Below, in pieces: positions 1 to 8,989 of a stretch of DNA of 45,706 nucleotides. Source of the stretch: a virus. The first letter of the stretch is position 1. The number at the start of each line of letters is the position of its first letter. A model generated the notes under the pieces. The model made no database searches. It had not been told where the DNA came from and worked only from the letters and a program-made list of their open reading frames with translations. Position numbers and translations under genes: made by a program. The stretch is from UHGV virus genome UHGV-1374573; one strand, written 5' to 3'.

Positions 1-1011
1 ATCAGCTACAATATATTCAGGTAAATGACCGTAGGTCTCTTGAATTGAATTTAAAAATGGTATCATCGTTCTTGTATCAGTCGGATTTTGATACACATTA
101 TAAGATAAAACGAATTGAGAATTTGTCGCTATTTGTAAATTATAACCTGGCTTGAGTTGTCCATTTTTCATATGATCTTCTTTCATTCTCATAAATGTGG
201 CATCATGATCTGTTTTAGAATAACTATTTCTATCCTTTAAAATAGATTTTTGGACGTCGTATTTATGCTTTCGCCCAGAGTAATCATTAATTTGCTTTTT
301 ATATTGTTTAATTTTAGTTCTTTTGAGCCGTATTTGTTTTCTTATTTTAGTACATTTTTCATTATCGATATGTTGATTTAAATCTTCGATTTCTTTATCC
401 AAATGACTACCAATCAAATCTATTTCTTCCTTTGTTAAGTCATTATCGTGATCTTTTTTAATCTCAGGTATGATTTTATTTGTTACCAATTCATGATAGA
501 GTGCTTTAGAATCTTCATTCATCTTTGTCTCATGGTTTTGAATACTCTTTTTCCATACAAATGTATATCGATTGGCATTCGCCTCAACTTTCGTACCATC
601 AATAAAAATGGTTTGATCATCTATAAGATGTTGTTTCAAACACTGACTATGAAATTGAATAAATAATGATTCTAATAAAGCATCTACTTTTGGATTGACT
701 CTAAATCGATTAATCGTTTTATAAGAAGGCTTTTGATTTTGTGATAACCACATCATCCGGATGCTATCATTAAGTAATTTTTCTATCTTACGTCCTGAAA
801 ACACAGATTGTGTGTAGGCATATAGAATGACTTTTAACATCATTTTGGGATGGTACGAGGTTGCACCACGATGATGTCTGAATTCATCGAATTCAGTTTT
901 AGGAATTGTTTCTACAATATCATTGACATGTCGTGAAATATCATTTGTGGGGATAAGAACTGAAGTTTCCAATGGTAGAGTAAGTTGAGTCATGTTATAA
1001 TCTTTATACAT
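1..1011 (-). CDS. IS1182-family DDE transposase, N-terminal 337 codons (ATG at 1011). The ORF runs off the window start and continues in frame at 45706..45047
   Basis: The reverse-complement translation is [41 protein letters not shown]...PEYIVAD. A GAGGTG RBS lies 7 nt upstream of the ATG. The ORF is still open at window position 1, which is why it is absent from the ORF track. Confidence 0.8.
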   Translation of the reverse strand, partial: MYKDYNMTQLTLPLETSVLIPTNDISRHVNDIVETIPKTEFDEFRHHRGATSYHPKMMLKVILYAYTQSVFSGRKIEKLLNDSIRMMWLSQNQKPSYKTINRFRVNPKVDALLESLFIQFHSQCLKQHLIDDQTIFIDGTKVEANANRYTFVWKKSIQNHETKMNEDSKALYHELVTNKIIPEIKKDHDNDLTKEEIDLIGSHLDKEIEDLNQHIDNEKCTKIRKQIRLKRTKIKQYKKQINDYSGRKHKYDVQKSILKDRNSYSKTDHDATFMRMKEDHMKNGQLKPGYNLQIATNSQFVLSYNVYQNPTDTRTMIPFLNSIQETYGHLPEYIVAD

Positions 1012-1217
1012 AAGGCACCTCGTTAATTTAGTTTAGTGACGTTTATTAAATTATACGAAAGTGCCTTATTTTTTTAAAGTATTTCAATGTAAAATTACAT
1101 ATAAATACAAAGTATTTTGGCGAGACTCTTGAGGGAACAGGACAAGCTGAAGACTACAGGCTGAAGCTGTCCCCTAAGAAAGCGAGCCAACAATACGGAG
1201 TATTGTAAATAAAGAAG

Positions 1218-1251
1218 CCAGTAAATGAATTTGTTAAAACTCATTTACTGG
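1218..1251 (-). terminator. Perfect 11-bp stem-loop (CCAGTAAATGA/TCATTTACTGG, 12-nt loop) in the IS leader, followed on the minus strand by a T-rich tract. Likely a read-through barrier upstream of tnp
   Basis: Inverted repeat read directly from the sequence. IS elements commonly carry such terminators inside their ends. Confidence 0.4.
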
Positions 1252-1265
1252 CTATTTCTCTAGGG

Positions 1266-1281
1266 TTTATGTCCCAGACTC
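1266..1281. repeat. IS terminal inverted repeat (int-proximal end)
   Basis: 15 of 16 positions match the reverse complement of 45051-45066. Confidence 0.7.
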
Positions 1282-1319
1282 TTATTATTTTTTTACTTTT
1301 TTAAGGAGGAACACGGAAA

Positions 1320-2369
1320 ATGGCAACATTTACAGTAACAAAACGCAAAAATAAGACAAGCTCATCATGGCAATACGATGTTAAACACCCTAGTTTGAAA
1401 TCTGGCAAAAAACGTAAATCTGGATTTAAAACAAAAGCTGAGGCTACAAACGCAGCACAACAATTAATTAGAGATTTAGAAGATGGCAACAACATTGAAG
1501 ATAATAAAAAGTTCGTTGACTACTACGATGACTGGATAAAAATTAAGAACAAGAAACAGTTGTCTAGCAAACAATTCTACTGGTATGAAAGATCGATTAA
1601 ATTATTCAGTGAGTATTTCGGAGAAAATATGTTAGTTAAAAATATCACACGTAGTGAGTATCAAAAGTTTTTAAATCAATACGCACAAGGTCACACTGAT
1701 GAAACAGTAAGAAAAGTTCACGGTTGTCTTGCTAGATGTATTAGAGACGCGTTATACGATGGCTATTTGAAGAAAGACCCTACTTATAATGTAAATATCA
1801 AAGGGACTGAAAAAGCTAAAGATGAGAAATTTAAGTTTATTACGATAAAAGACTATTTAAACTTGCTAGATTATTTCAAGAAAAGAGATGAAGAAAGTTA
1901 TGTTTTGCTATATCTATTAGGCATTACTGGCGCAAGATATAGCGATGTCATCAATATGACTTACAAAGATCTAAACAAAGCGAATGGCATAATTCATTTG
2001 CCTGGAACGAAAACAAAGAATTCAAAACGTGATGTAGAAGTAAATTCAAAAGATATCATGCACATAAATTCAAAATTAGCTAAAATGCCACGTAGAATTG
2101 ATGGCAAGTTATTCTCGGTTAGTCATACATCAGTAAGTAAAGCATTCAGAAAAGCAAAAGAAGTGATAGGATTAAACGATAATAATATAACTCCCTATTC
2201 ACTCAGACATACGCACACATCTTACTTACTATCTAAAGGCATACCAATCGAGTACATAAGTAAACGTTTAGGTCACGCTACTATATCACAAACGTTAGAT
2301 ACGTATTCACATTTATTAGAAGAACATAAAAAAGAGCAAGGTCAACGTGTCAGAGAAATATTCTCTTGA
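1320..2369 (+). CDS. int: Tyrosine recombinase / phage integrase
   Basis: 349 aa. C-terminal catalytic motifs: R (YSLRHTH), H-x-x-R (GHATISQTLDTYSHLL), Y. AGGAGG RBS 8 nt upstream. Located at the lysogeny end, next to the attP-like repeats. Confidence 0.9.
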   Translation: MATFTVTKRKNKTSSSWQYDVKHPSLKSGKKRKSGFKTKAEATNAAQQLIRDLEDGNNIEDNKKFVDYYDDWIKIKNKKQLSSKQFYWYERSIKLFSEYFGENMLVKNITRSEYQKFLNQYAQGHTDETVRKVHGCLARCIRDALYDGYLKKDPTYNVNIKGTEKAKDEKFKFITIKDYLNLLDYFKKRDEESYVLLYLLGITGARYSDVINMTYKDLNKANGIIHLPGTKTKNSKRDVEVNSKDIMHINSKLAKMPRRIDGKLFSVSHTSVSKAFRKAKEVIGLNDNNITPYSLRHTHTSYLLSKGIPIEYISKRLGHATISQTLDTYSHLLEEHKKEQGQRVREIFS

Positions 2370-2386
2370 CACTTATTTGACACTTA
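2366..2386. promoter_or_regulatory. attP arm-type direct repeats: TTGACACTTA x2, 11-bp period, overlapping the int stop codon
   Basis: Direct repeat read from the sequence. It has the same TTGACAC core as the pair at 2528-2547. Confidence 0.5.
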
Positions 2387-2446
2387 CTCTCTCGAAAGCC
2401 TGTCATATCAACGGTATAGTACGGAAACGGAGGGATAAAAATAAAT

Positions 2447-2513
2447 TTCTAAATAAAACTAAATAGCCATAAGTACAGTGTTTTCAAAGATTTATTTTCT
2501 AAATAGAACTAAA
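2447..2513. promoter_or_regulatory. Second attP repeat family: TTCTAAATA(A/G)AACTAAA x2, 50 bp apart, possibly flanking the core
   Basis: 17-bp direct repeats at 2447-2463 and 2497-2513 with one mismatch. Confidence 0.4.
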
Positions 2514-2527
2514 AGATTATAACTATT

Positions 2528-2547
2528 TTGACACGTATTTGACACGT
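2528..2547. promoter_or_regulatory. attP arm-type direct repeats: TTGACACGT x2, 11-bp period
   Basis: Direct repeat. TTGACAC core is shared with 2366-2386. Confidence 0.5.
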
Positions 2548-2629
2548 GTACACAAAAAACCACGCTCATAAAGAACGCGGTTTAGAATATAGTATTAGTT
2601 TGAAATCGGGAACAAAGAATATTATACAA

Positions 2630-2660
2630 TAAAAAAGAGGGTAGCCATAGTGACTACCCT
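2630..2660 (-). terminator. Rho-independent terminator downstream of the lysis cassette
   Basis: On the minus strand: AGGGTAG-9 nt loop-CTACCCT followed by CTTTTTTATTG. It lies 29 nt after the endolysin stop. Confidence 0.7.
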
Positions 2661-2688
2661 TGTATAATGACGTGGTAATTTAATTATA

Positions 2689-4161
2689 TCAAACTGCACT
2701 AAATTTACCAAAACTATTTAAACGTTTGCCGTCTTTATCTACTTCGCCTGTTGCTATATAACGACGTTTACCGTTATTCGCAATATAAGTTATCCAACGA
2801 TAACCATTTATACAATAAGCACCGTCATAGATAATAGATGTGCCATTCGGTAATACACCTGTAATTGTTGCAGTCGTATTGTATGATGTTCTTACGTTGT
2901 TACCTTTAACAGTCGTAACTGTATATTTGCCACTCTCTTTTTTGTAAGGTACACCATTCTTATCTAACACATAGCCATTTGGTACAACTGGTTTCTTTTC
3001 ATCTTTCGGTTTAGGTTTCTTACTACTAGCGACCACACCACCGATAGGCTTACCGTGAATCGCTCCAGCTATCAACTTAGCATACTTTTTACTATTCTTC
3101 TTAATCCAATCCATATCAGCTTTGTTAGTGATAAAACCTAATTCAGTTAAACGATAATTCATGTTGATTTCTGCCGAAACATTAGCGTTTAGTAAGTCGT
3201 TTCTTGGTGTGATGTCTCTAATCTGACCTACATTATCTTTAATCACTTTTTGTATGTCTTTATCAATTCTATCTGCACTGAACGCACTAGAGATGATAAC
3301 ATGACCGCCCGACGCAGACGCACCTGCTGCGTCCAAATGGAATTCTGCTATAATATCGTATTTCTGTTTTTTAACCCAATACATACCGTAATCTGACCTA
3401 TTACCTACATTCTGACCGTAAGCAGTATCTTGATACATATCTTGCGACTGTTTAGTACCACCATATAAAGCTACTTCGTGGCCTGCTTGTCGTAAATAAC
3501 TCGCAACATGAGGTGTGATGTTTTTACGAATGAAATCGCGTTCGTTTGTACCATTTCCAACCGCTCCTGGATCACTATATCCGTGGCCTGCAACAATCAT
3601 AATTTTCTTAGGTTTAATTTTAGCTTTTGCTTTCTCATTTTTAGATACTGCGTTCTTGATGATTTTTTTTGCTTTCTTACCTGCATTGATATTACTTGGG
3701 AAGTCAAAGCGAATGAAGTACATAGGATCATCATAATAATGCCAACGTCTTGTCACTCTCTCTGGTCCCCAACCTGGAGACGCTACACCATTCGTCCAAC
3801 CTTGTCCGTTCCAATTTTGCTCTAACACTTCAAATTGTGTGAGTGTTGCTCGCGTTACTGGTGCAACGTGACCAGCACCACCGCCATAGCCACCGTTAAA
3901 CACTGCTATATCAGTTTTTCGAGGTAAGAAAGAATCATAGTTTTTAATCACTTTTGCATATTTGCTTATTACCTTTTCATTATCAAATGGTATGTTTTTC
4001 GCATATAAACCTGTTAATCTAGCACCTGTGACTGCATTAAAAAATGCATTTGCGTAATCGTAACACTGAAAACCTGCATAATTGTCAAAGTTATATTGTT
4101 TACCTTCTGAATTATCAAGCCATTTTTCCGCTTGAGATTTAGTCATTAACATATGTGCCAC
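2689..4161 (-). CDS. Endolysin with CHAP + Amidase_3 (MurNAc-L-Ala amidase) + SH3b cell-wall-binding domains
   Basis: 490 aa. N-terminal CHAP Cys/His (FQCYDYANA ... GHVAPV), Amidase_3-like centre (MIVAGHGYSDPGAVG) and SH3_5-like C-terminus. Sits after the holin at the end of the late operon. Confidence 0.9.
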   Translation of the reverse strand: MAHMLMTKSQAEKWLDNSEGKQYNFDNYAGFQCYDYANAFFNAVTGARLTGLYAKNIPFDNEKVISKYAKVIKNYDSFLPRKTDIAVFNGGYGGGAGHVAPVTRATLTQFEVLEQNWNGQGWTNGVASPGWGPERVTRRWHYYDDPMYFIRFDFPSNINAGKKAKKIIKNAVSKNEKAKAKIKPKKIMIVAGHGYSDPGAVGNGTNERDFIRKNITPHVASYLRQAGHEVALYGGTKQSQDMYQDTAYGQNVGNRSDYGMYWVKKQKYDIIAEFHLDAAGASASGGHVIISSAFSADRIDKDIQKVIKDNVGQIRDITPRNDLLNANVSAEINMNYRLTELGFITNKADMDWIKKNSKKYAKLIAGAIHGKPIGGVVASSKKPKPKDEKKPVVPNGYVLDKNGVPYKKESGKYTVTTVKGNNVRTSYNTTATITGVLPNGTSIIYDGAYCINGYRWITYIANNGKRRYIATGEVDKDGKRLNSFGKFSAV

Positions 4162-4458
4162 CTACCCTAATTCGTCTAAATTCGTAGGTTCTACGTTTTC
4201 GTTTGTAATTGGTGCTTGACCTGTTGCGTTACGATATTTCTTTTCTGCTTTGTACTTTTTAAGTTTTTGATTAGCCCAACGCCCTTCTTTCGTAGTTGGA
4301 TTGTCTTTATACGTTGTATATAAAGCTATGACAGTTAAGATGATAGACGAAATCGTTTCTTCATCTACTGGAATCGGACTAATACCTTTGTTTGCTAAAA
4401 ACTGATTGATTAATGCTAAAACTAATACCGCATATCTAGTTATTACTTTTGCTTTCAT
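4162..4458 (-). CDS. Holin
   Basis: 98 aa with two hydrophobic segments and a charged C-terminal tail. Immediately upstream of the endolysin, with abutting start and stop. Confidence 0.8.
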   Translation of the reverse strand: MKAKVITRYAVLVLALINQFLANKGISPIPVDEETISSIILTVIALYTTYKDNPTTKEGRWANQKLKKYKAEKKYRNATGQAPITNENVEPTNLDELG

Positions 4459-4497
4459 TTATTTATGCTCCTTTTAGTTAAATTAAAAAGCCAACCG

Positions 4498-5037
4498 TTA
4501 TTGGTTAGCTTTGACGTATTTGTATTCTTCGATTGGATTATCGTTATAGATATATCTAGTCTCTAATTTTGAACCTTCCTCAATTAATGCATTCGTTATA
4601 TCGGAGTTGTTTGTAATAGTATTCACTTTTGGAACAACTATAAAATTACCTTCACTATCTTCAATTTGAACATTTAGATTGAAAGTGTCTGGCATAACAT
4701 TGTAAATCTGTAATTTTTCTATAAAATCATTTAAATTGAAGTTTTTGAATGAAGATAACTTTTCTACAATATTCTTTAGATGTGTTTCTAAACTGATTTT
4801 ATAATTTTTTTGGTTATCAACGATGTCAGTACCTTTTTGAGCTGTATTATAAAATATGGCAACACGAACAACATCATCGTATTGTGTACTTGCCTCTATT
4901 AGCAAGCAATCAAGTTGTCCTTTTGTTTTCAACCAATCTTCTTTCATAATTTTAACCACTTCATCTGCTATAGGTTTAGCCATTAATTCAATCCATTGTC
5001 CTTTTTCTTTGTCGAAAATTTTAGGTATAGCTTTCAT
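4498..5037 (-). CDS. Hypothetical tail or lysis-region protein
   Basis: 179-aa ORF between the virion hydrolase and the holin. Its stop and the next start overlap (ATGA). Confidence 0.5.
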   Translation of the reverse strand: MKAIPKIFDKEKGQWIELMAKPIADEVVKIMKEDWLKTKGQLDCLLIEASTQYDDVVRVAIFYNTAQKGTDIVDNQKNYKISLETHLKNIVEKLSSFKNFNLNDFIEKLQIYNVMPDTFNLNVQIEDSEGNFIVVPKVNTITNNSDITNALIEEGSKLETRYIYNDNPIEEYKYVKANQ

Positions 5038-5546
5038 TATTCATTACCTCCAGTAGTGTCAATCCAAATTTTAGTTGTATCAGTCGGTGCGTTTTCTCCA
5101 ATGACAAAATTTTCTTCGCTTTCAGTTTGATTCTTAATCAATCCATTTTTTACACCATATTCAATTATCTCTTGCCATAAGTCATGGTTTTGTGTGTTGA
5201 TTAATTGTCTACCAATCACACTCTCTGTCACTTGAATTTTTGCTTTATTGTCAGACGGGAATACATACTTGTTATCAACCCATATTTCTAATGAATACGT
5301 GTTTGCAGGGATAATCTGATTGATTACAACATCGCACACATAGGCATTGTCATATTGCCTAACTGTAGTGTCGTAGATATATTTGACACCTGTACTGTCA
5401 GTGAGAAAAACTTTTGCAGGTAATCCGTCTAGTTTTAAGTCGTCGTTGTTAGTGTCAGATAAGATGTATCGCATGTGTGATAAGTCACCTTGTTTAATGC
5501 GATTGCCGTCTTGTGAGTCATTTAAATTAAGTACATTTATTAACAT
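5037..5546 (-). CDS. Hypothetical tail-associated protein
   Basis: 169-aa ORF downstream of the virion-associated hydrolase. Confidence 0.5.
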   Translation of the reverse strand: MLINVLNLNDSQDGNRIKQGDLSHMRYILSDTNNDDLKLDGLPAKVFLTDSTGVKYIYDTTVRQYDNAYVCDVVINQIIPANTYSLEIWVDNKYVFPSDNKAKIQVTESVIGRQLINTQNHDLWQEIIEYGVKNGLIKNQTESEENFVIGENAPTDTTKIWIDTTGGNE

Positions 5547-5598
5547 TAGAAACCACCCTTCAATTATTAAAGGCTACCCACCGTCAGTGAGTAGCCTT

Positions 5599-7401
5599 TT
5601 ATCTATATTTATCTCTGATATAATACATACCTTTTAATCCTACTTTTTTGTATAAACTGTTTATTGTTGTTGCTTGGAAATTACACCACTCAATAGCAGT
5701 AGCGTACTGCATACGACCTGGATTTTTAGGGTTCCAACGCATTCGATATAAAGTATTCTTTCCTTTATTAAAGAATTGTTTTCTAACGAACTTAGCGCCA
5801 CCTATAATACCGTTACGTGGACTCGTCCAACCTTGTCGTTTGGCGTATGCTATAGAAGCATTAGGGTTATTGTCATATGCTGCAATACCAAAGTAGTTAT
5901 AAATACCATAACGTCCACTAGCAAAGTTACTACGTCCATATCCACTCTCTAAGAATGCGTGAGCAATTAAATATATTTCGTTAACGTTGTATTTCTTACA
6001 ACCGTCTGCGAAAGCTTTACCTTGACCGGATAAAGTACCTTTACCTTTAAGTATCTTATTCAACTTACTTACTGGTATACCTTGATACTTACCTAAATCC
6101 AACATTTGATACCTTTGTACTGAACTATTCCATATAGTGTTAGGGTTCATATACTTACTTGTTTGTGACCTAGAAGCATTGCCCCAACCCCAACTGTAAG
6201 ATTTTTGAGGCATACCATGTGCCATTTGCGCGTTCAGTGCTTGTTGGAAAGTATATTTACTTTTCTCTACAACTACACGAGGTTTATTCGAAGTTCTGTT
6301 TGTTGTTTTGCTTTTTTTGTCTGTCGGTTTGTCGTTCTGTTCAGGGTTATCGACCGAAGTTTTAGGTTTAATCTTTATGGTTGTCTTTGTAGTTGTTGTG
6401 GTAATCGTTTCTGTGAGTAATTTATCTCTTTTTAAATATAAACCTATTATTTTCTTTTCAACTTCTTTATATTTACTTTCATCAGGAATACCGTTTTTGA
6501 TTAAGTCGTAATTAATTAAATCTTTCATAGAACGCCATATATTAGGGTCTGCTTTGATTGATGATTCAGATAGTTTTACCTTACTCCAACTTAGCAACCA
6601 AACGCCGTAGATTAACGCTCTGATTTGATTGAGCATGAATTGCCGTTTACTCTCTGTTTGTCCTCCACAAACTTCCATAACAAGCCAACCTGGATGTTCT
6701 GGCGCTTCTTCTGAATCAGGTCTAGGCGTCCATACACGCTCACGGTCTATATATACATGAGGGTATTCATCCTCATTTACATATTTATTACGTTGTAAAT
6801 ATAATTCTTCAACAGAACGCATATGTGTACTCTCTTTGATATATATACCTTTTACTTTCCCTATCAACTTTTGACCTTCAACCATATAATGATAAATGTA
6901 CTCCAAATCATCGTCTAAATCATATGCGAATGATGTATAGGAAACTTTAGTAACCTCTTTGGTTATAGGTTTCGTTTGTTCTTTTTTGTTTTTAGGAGTG
7001 TTGTCATTAGAGGGTTTAGACGGTGTGTTACTTGATTTAGATGGTTTCTTAGTTTCTGCATGATAAGGAGGTCTGACGAACCCACTTATACCATAGTATG
7101 TGTGTTTTTCTAACGAACCAGGAGAACCGGTATAACCGTTGGAATTTCGCCAATTTTGGTCCACACTGGTGAAGTAACTCTTGTTAGATGGACCTACTAC
7201 AACAGCTGTATGTCCTGTACCATTATTATAGGAACCCTTTCCCCAAACTGCCATGTCACCAGGTTTCGGAACAAAGTTTCTAGTATTTCTATAAAATTTA
7301 AATCCTCTAGGGTATCTATACCATGCCATAGCTATAGCGTTTCCTGTTGTTTTAAAATGCCAATATCTATTGAAAATGTAGTTTGGTAAATCCCAACATT
7401 G
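5599..7401 (-). CDS. Tail-associated peptidoglycan hydrolase (CHAP + GH73 glucosaminidase), exon 2. Spliced product is 636 aa
   Basis: The frame is open upstream of the annotated ATG at 7329 as far as 7401 and encodes QCWDLPNYIFNRYWHFKTTGNAIA, the CHAP catalytic-Cys motif, with no in-frame start codon. The C-terminus is GH73-like (YLIAHAFLESGYG...). Ends at the stop at 5599. Confidence 0.8.
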   Translation of the reverse strand, partial: QCWDLPNYIFNRYWHFKTTGNAIAMAWYRYPRGFKFYRNTRNFVPKPGDMAVWGKGSYNNGTGHTAVVVGPSNKSYFTSVDQNWRNSNGYTGSPGSLEKHTYYGISGFVRPPYHAETKKPSKSSNTPSKPSNDNTPKNKKEQTKPITKEVTKVSYTSFAYDLDDDLEYIYHYMVEGQKLIGKVKGIYIKESTHMRSVEELYLQRNKYVNEDEYPHVYIDRERVWTPRPDSEEAPEHPGWLVMEVCGGQTESKRQFMLNQIRALIYGVWLLSWSKVKLSESSIKADPNIWRSMKDLINYDLIKNGIPDESKYKEVEKKIIGLYLKRDKLLTETITTTTTKTTIKIKPKTSVDNPEQNDKPTDKKSKTTNRTSNKPRVVVEKSKYTFQQALNAQMAHGMPQKSYSWGWGNASRSQTSKYMNPNTIWNSSVQRYQMLDLGKYQGIPVSKLNKILKGKGTLSGQGKAFADGCKKYNVNEIYLIAHAFLESGYGRSNFASGRYGIYNYFGIAAYDNNPNASIAYAKRQGWTSPRNGIIGGAKFVRKQFFNKGKNTLYRMRWNPKNPGRMQYATAIEWCNFQATTINSLYKKVGLKGMYYIRDKYR

Positions 7402-8384
7402 CGTTTGTATTTAACTTAACGCCTTTCCCCGCATTAATTTCTTAATACGCTTGTGTAACGTTAAATTGCTCTATAAAAAGAGCCTCATGCTTTCACATGA
7501 GACTAGACTATATCTTAATATTCATTTTTAGCTTTTTTATAAGCTAAGTGTGCTTCTTCTGCAGTTTCATAAACACCTAAGTATATAAATTTCTTGTTTT
7601 TGTAAAGCTGCGCTTGATATTTGTTTAGATGTGGTTTGTAAGTTACTCCTGTATATCCTGTCTTATTATGATATTTTCGTCGATTGTTTGCATTTTCTTC
7701 ATGACTAACCCATCTGCAATTTGATGGTTTATAATCGTCATCGTTGTTAATTCTGTCTAATTCAGCACCTTCGAATGGTACATCCCCCATATCTTTGTAG
7801 AATTGCATAAAGTCATCTTTCCACTCATCACAAACCTTTATACCTCTACCGCCATATGCGCTGTAAAAATCATAGTTAGAGTTGTAACATCGTTGCTTCA
7901 TACCTTTCCATTTATTATAAATTAAAGTTCCAGTCATACCATGTTTTTTAGAATGACTAACTTTATTCAAACAACCACAACTTTTAGAATAACCATTTTT
8001 CACTTCGGTACCAATCATTATTTTTTCATTACCGCATCTCGTACAGTAACATTTATATAGTTTCTTTTTATGTTTATTTCTGCCATAAAACTCTAGAACT
8101 TTAAGATAATTAAACTGCATTCCTACAATGTCCATTTGACCGCTCCTTATCAATCGTCAAATACATTGTATCACACATGAATATTTAATGCACTGCCTAT
8201 CAATTGATAGTACATAGTCGTTGAAGCTTCCTCTACTATTACCATAGAGGCTTGCCTGCTGATTGCCCAATCCTTAATATTTTTTAACTTTCACGCTTAC
8301 CGTTACCAGTTACGTTGTAGTTATTAAGGTTCTAAGGGTGTCCCAGCAATTCACATTATTTTTTTACATGGAACCCATTAATTA
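7402..8384 (-). mobile_element. Group I intron (983 nt) interrupting the virion-hydrolase gene and carrying an HNH homing endonuclease ORF
   Basis: Exon 1 ends ...GGAGCU. Intron nt 10-15 (GGUUCC) can pair with it as a 6-bp P1 helix, with U.G at the splice site. The intron ends in G (..ACAAACG|CAATGTTGG). Joining the exons restores ...VDVDGYYGA-QCWDLPNY..., a contiguous CHAP N-terminus. The HEG lies within the intron at 7515-8153. Confidence 0.75.
7515..8153 (-). CDS. Intron-encoded HNH homing endonuclease (Zn-finger-like CxxC/CxC N-terminus, HNH_3 motif, AP2-like DNA-binding C-terminus)
   Basis: 212 aa. ELDRINNDDDYKPSNCRWVSHEENANN is an HNH_3 motif. YTGVTYKPHLNKYQAQLYKNKKFIYLGVYETAEEAHLAYKKA resembles an AP2 domain. 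It is a paralog of 22297-22980. Confidence 0.75.
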   Translation of the reverse strand: MIRSGQMDIVGMQFNYLKVLEFYGRNKHKKKLYKCYCTRCGNEKIMIGTEVKNGYSKSCGCLNKVSHSKKHGMTGTLIYNKWKGMKQRCYNSNYDFYSAYGGRGIKVCDEWKDDFMQFYKDMGDVPFEGAELDRINNDDDYKPSNCRWVSHEENANNRRKYHNKTGYTGVTYKPHLNKYQAQLYKNKKFIYLGVYETAEEAHLAYKKAKNEY

Positions 8385-8492
8385 AGCTCCATAATAACCA
8401 TCTACATCAACTCTTCTGCCAATCATCCTTTTTGCCCATGCTGCAACTTCCGAAGCAGTAGGTTTTCTTTTTTTAGGGCTAGGTAATCCCAT
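8385..8492 (-). CDS. Tail-associated peptidoglycan hydrolase, exon 1 (36 codons, MGLPSPKKRKPTASEVAAWAKRMIGRRVDVDGYYGA)
   Basis: ATG at 8492 with a GAGGTGG RBS. The ORF ends in TAA right after the 5' splice site. Confidence 0.75.
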
Positions 8493-8542
8493 ATATCCAC
8501 CTCATTTCTGGCATAATAAAAAGTCGATACATAAGTACCGAC

Positions 8543-8989
8543 TTAGTTTCCAAATAGCAAAGGGGCAATTACTTTACTTAGTGTTTCTAATAGTGCGAAT
8601 GCACCTACAAGTATAGCGCCTAAAGTTTTATTAGATAATTTCCTTTCTTCCAATATAAATTGCTTATCTTCAATCTTGCTATCTAATGTTTTTCTGATAT
8701 CCCTTACTTCTTCGTTAACTTCTTCAAAACGCCTATTTGTATTAGAATTTGATTGCCTCAACTCTTTCACAAGTCCTTCTATGCTATTCGCCATTCTATC
8801 CGTATTTTTTTCAGTGTTAGCAGATGTACCTTTTAATTCTGTAATAACTTGTATCGTTTCCGTATATCTATCGTCATGTTTTTCATCAACTTTGTATAAC
8901 TTTTCAGTCGTTTTATCTATATTAGTTTCGGCTTTATCCATACGTTTTTCTAAGCTAGTAATTCTTTGTTCTTCTATTGTTTTTTGCAT
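8543..8989 (-). CDS. XhlA-like protein: coiled coil plus a C-terminal transmembrane anchor
   Basis: 148 aa, charged and coiled-coil over most of its length. C-terminal TM segment TLGAILVGAFALLETLSKVIAPLLFG. Confidence 0.5.
   Translation of the reverse strand: MQKTIEEQRITSLEKRMDKAETNIDKTTEKLYKVDEKHDDRYTETIQVITELKGTSANTEKNTDRMANSIEGLVKELRQSNSNTNRRFEEVNEEVRDIRKTLDSKIEDKQFILEERKLSNKTLGAILVGAFALLETLSKVIAPLLFGN

Larger units (their letters stand above)
1..1285 (-). mobile_element. IS1182-family insertion sequence, part 1: the 5' two-thirds of the tnp gene, a ~255-nt leader and a terminal inverted repeat
   Basis: The terminal IR TTTATGTCCCAGACTC at 1266-1281 is the reverse complement, at 15 of 16 positions, of GAGTCCGGGACATAAA at 45051-45066. 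The leader contains a perfect 11-bp hairpin. Confidence 0.7.

Noticed and set aside
448-666. 72-aa plus-strand ORF inside the IS transposase coding region
   Set aside because: It lies antisense within a well-supported transposase ORF. It has low complexity, no RBS and no homology signal, and looks like a spurious antisense frame.
1301-1495. 64-aa minus-strand ORF overlapping the int start
   Set aside because: Antisense to the integrase N-terminus and the int RBS. It has no independent support.
2558-2582. Possible plus-strand terminator for int (ACCACGC...GCGGTTT)
   Set aside because: The stem is only about 6 bp with a 2-nt bulge and has no proper U-tract. It is too weak to call.
3508-3825. 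Plus-strand ORFs (105 aa and 73 aa) inside the endolysin gene, and the many similar plus-strand ORFs listed inside the TMP, the tail fibre genes and the replication genes
   Set aside because: All are antisense to long, homology-supported minus-strand genes, and the genome is otherwise transcribed on one strand across this arm. I treat them as chance open frames in AT-rich DNA.
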